A stretch of DNA of 64,000 bases, from the NCBI RefSeq assembly GCF_006345805.1, contig NC_043000.1:70370001-70434000 (forward strand). The letters run 5' to 3'. The notes under the pieces are model-generated. The model did no database searches. It was not told the origin of the DNA and was given only the letters and a program-made list of their open reading frames with translations. This DNA is from Octopus sinensis (Eukaryota). Below are positions 62,501-64,000 of this stretch, piece by piece (position 1 is the stretch's first letter; every line of letters begins with the position of its first letter). A program made the translations under genes and the position numbers.

Positions 62501-62709
62501 TCGTATATAAAAGTGCCTTCGTTCTTTCTACAGAGAAATACTATATAACTGAGAACTAATGAAAGATACTATGAATAACAAGCACAAATTTTTTATGCTC
62601 GTTTATCACTGCAACCGCAGGCAGTACGTATTAATGAATTGTTCATGAATATAAATTGTAAATAGGGGCTTGTTTGCACAGCTATTCTAAGTGTATCTTT
62701 TATCTTTTA

Positions 62710-63050
62710 CGTGTTTCAGCTATATGACTGTTGCCGTGCTAGTGCACCGCCTTGACGGGTTTAGTTGAACAAACTGACCTCAGGATTTATGTTGTTAAAC
62801 CGAGTCTCTTTCTATCGGTCTCTTTTGCCAAATCGCTAAGCTATGGGGATGTAAACACATCAATACCGGTTGTCAAGCGGTGGTGGAGGACAAATACAAA
62901 GACATAAACGATGGACTTCTTTCAGTTTCCGTCTACCAAATCCACTCACAAGGCTTTGGTTGGCCAGAGGCTATAGTGGAAGACACTTGCTCAAGCTAAC
63001 AAGCAGTGGGATTGAACCCGGAACTATGCAGTTGGGAAGCAAGTTTCTTT
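62710..63050 (-). mobile_element. Older copy of the 26837-type SINE
   Basis: cttctttcagtttccgtctaccaaatccactcacaagg..gggattgaacccggaac; decayed tail. Confidence 0.8.
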
Positions 63051-63249
63051 ATTTCATAAAGTGACCATGGAAGCCGCACATAGATGGGACAAACAAGGAC
63101 AGAAAAACATAGATGGTTAAGAAGTTGCTTATTACGGACGAAAAAGTTTCGAATAATAAAATGTCATGCTGTTAAATTTCAATATAAACTTGATGATCAT
63201 TACAAATTTTGCAATGTGTGACTGAAGGAAAGGCATCCAACCGCCAGGT

Positions 63250-64000
63250 TCGAAACCTTACTTTTCTTTCTGACCCCACTTACCTGGTTCCAGTCACTCG
63301 CAGCTTATTCACTACTTGCTTCCATCTTTTCATGGACACATCCTGTGACAGGTATCTCTTCTCCAGCCTGATCTTTGCTATCGAGGTGGTAACCAAAGAA
63401 GTTAACCAATCCCTGGCCAGAGACGAAGGTATCTGTCACTATACCTCTTACACGCGTCTTCCATACTGTTTCTTTCAGTATGGATACTACGCAGAAAAAA
63501 CCAGCATTCCTTTCCCCGTTAAGGGAAGGAAGCGGTACAATCTTGATGATAGACTCAGCCGATAGCTGTACTCTTCCTATCGTTGACAACAGTTGCTCGA
63601 CAAAAGCTATCGGTCCTGATAATTCCGGACACTCCTCGAAAGCTTGCAAGACAGTTTCTTTGTCCCGCCCCCACCTCAGGCATGTCGGTGATACGGCACT
63701 TCCGTGCCTTGACAGCTTGTCTCGAACAGGCAATGCCGAAGGGAGCACTGCCAAGCCAGGGATTACTAGTAATTATCAGATGCCCCGGCTCGAAGGTTAT
63801 CCAGAACAGGTTGATAAACTGATTTCCATCGAAGCCCAGGGTCTCCCCCAGGACATAGTCTGACATAAATTCCACTAACCTGCTGTAAAAATCCACAGTG
63901 GAACTCTTGTGGCCAGTATTGCCCGCCCGAGAGAGTAGCTGGAGTGCCAGACAGCACTCCAATTGCCAATCTCCCAGCCTAGGTCTTCGTTTGATCCTTG
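63250..64000 (-). mobile_element. 3' end of an L1/Tx1-clade LINE ORF2 (C-terminal zinc-binding region); runs off the window
   Basis: ALPVRDKLSRHGSAVSPTCLRWGRDKETVLQAFEECP (C-x2-C..ET..H..C-like) and the GLVNFF..K.RLER C-terminal block. Confidence 0.75.

Overview
AT-rich eukaryotic DNA made almost entirely of transposon remnants and microsatellites. I found no host exon, tRNA gene or rRNA gene. The tRNA-derived SINE families and repeat mix resemble an Octopus (coleoid cephalopod) genome; this is from recall, not a search. Contents: LINE remnants (CR1/jockey-group, R4/Dong, RTE, L1/Tx1), several Penelope-like elements (PLEs), Tc1/mariner and hAT DNA transposons, two decayed Helitron Rep/helicase regions with non-autonomous Helitron ends, SINEs and several fold-back repeats. 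The main signal is RNA-level and invisible in the ORF track. Between 22.6 and 47.0 kb there are ten minimal type I hammerhead ribozyme (HHR) motifs, eight with a recognisable core and two degenerate, from several unrelated sequence families, most of them next to (TA)n runs. The best is a non-coding array at 28450-29364: a 351-352 bp unit repeated in tandem plus an inverted copy, each copy carrying a hammerhead. The two tandem cleavage sites are exactly 352 nt apart, which is the architecture of a non-LTR retrozyme (a self-cleaving, potentially circular RNA retroelement). All structures were folded by eye and none has been tested.
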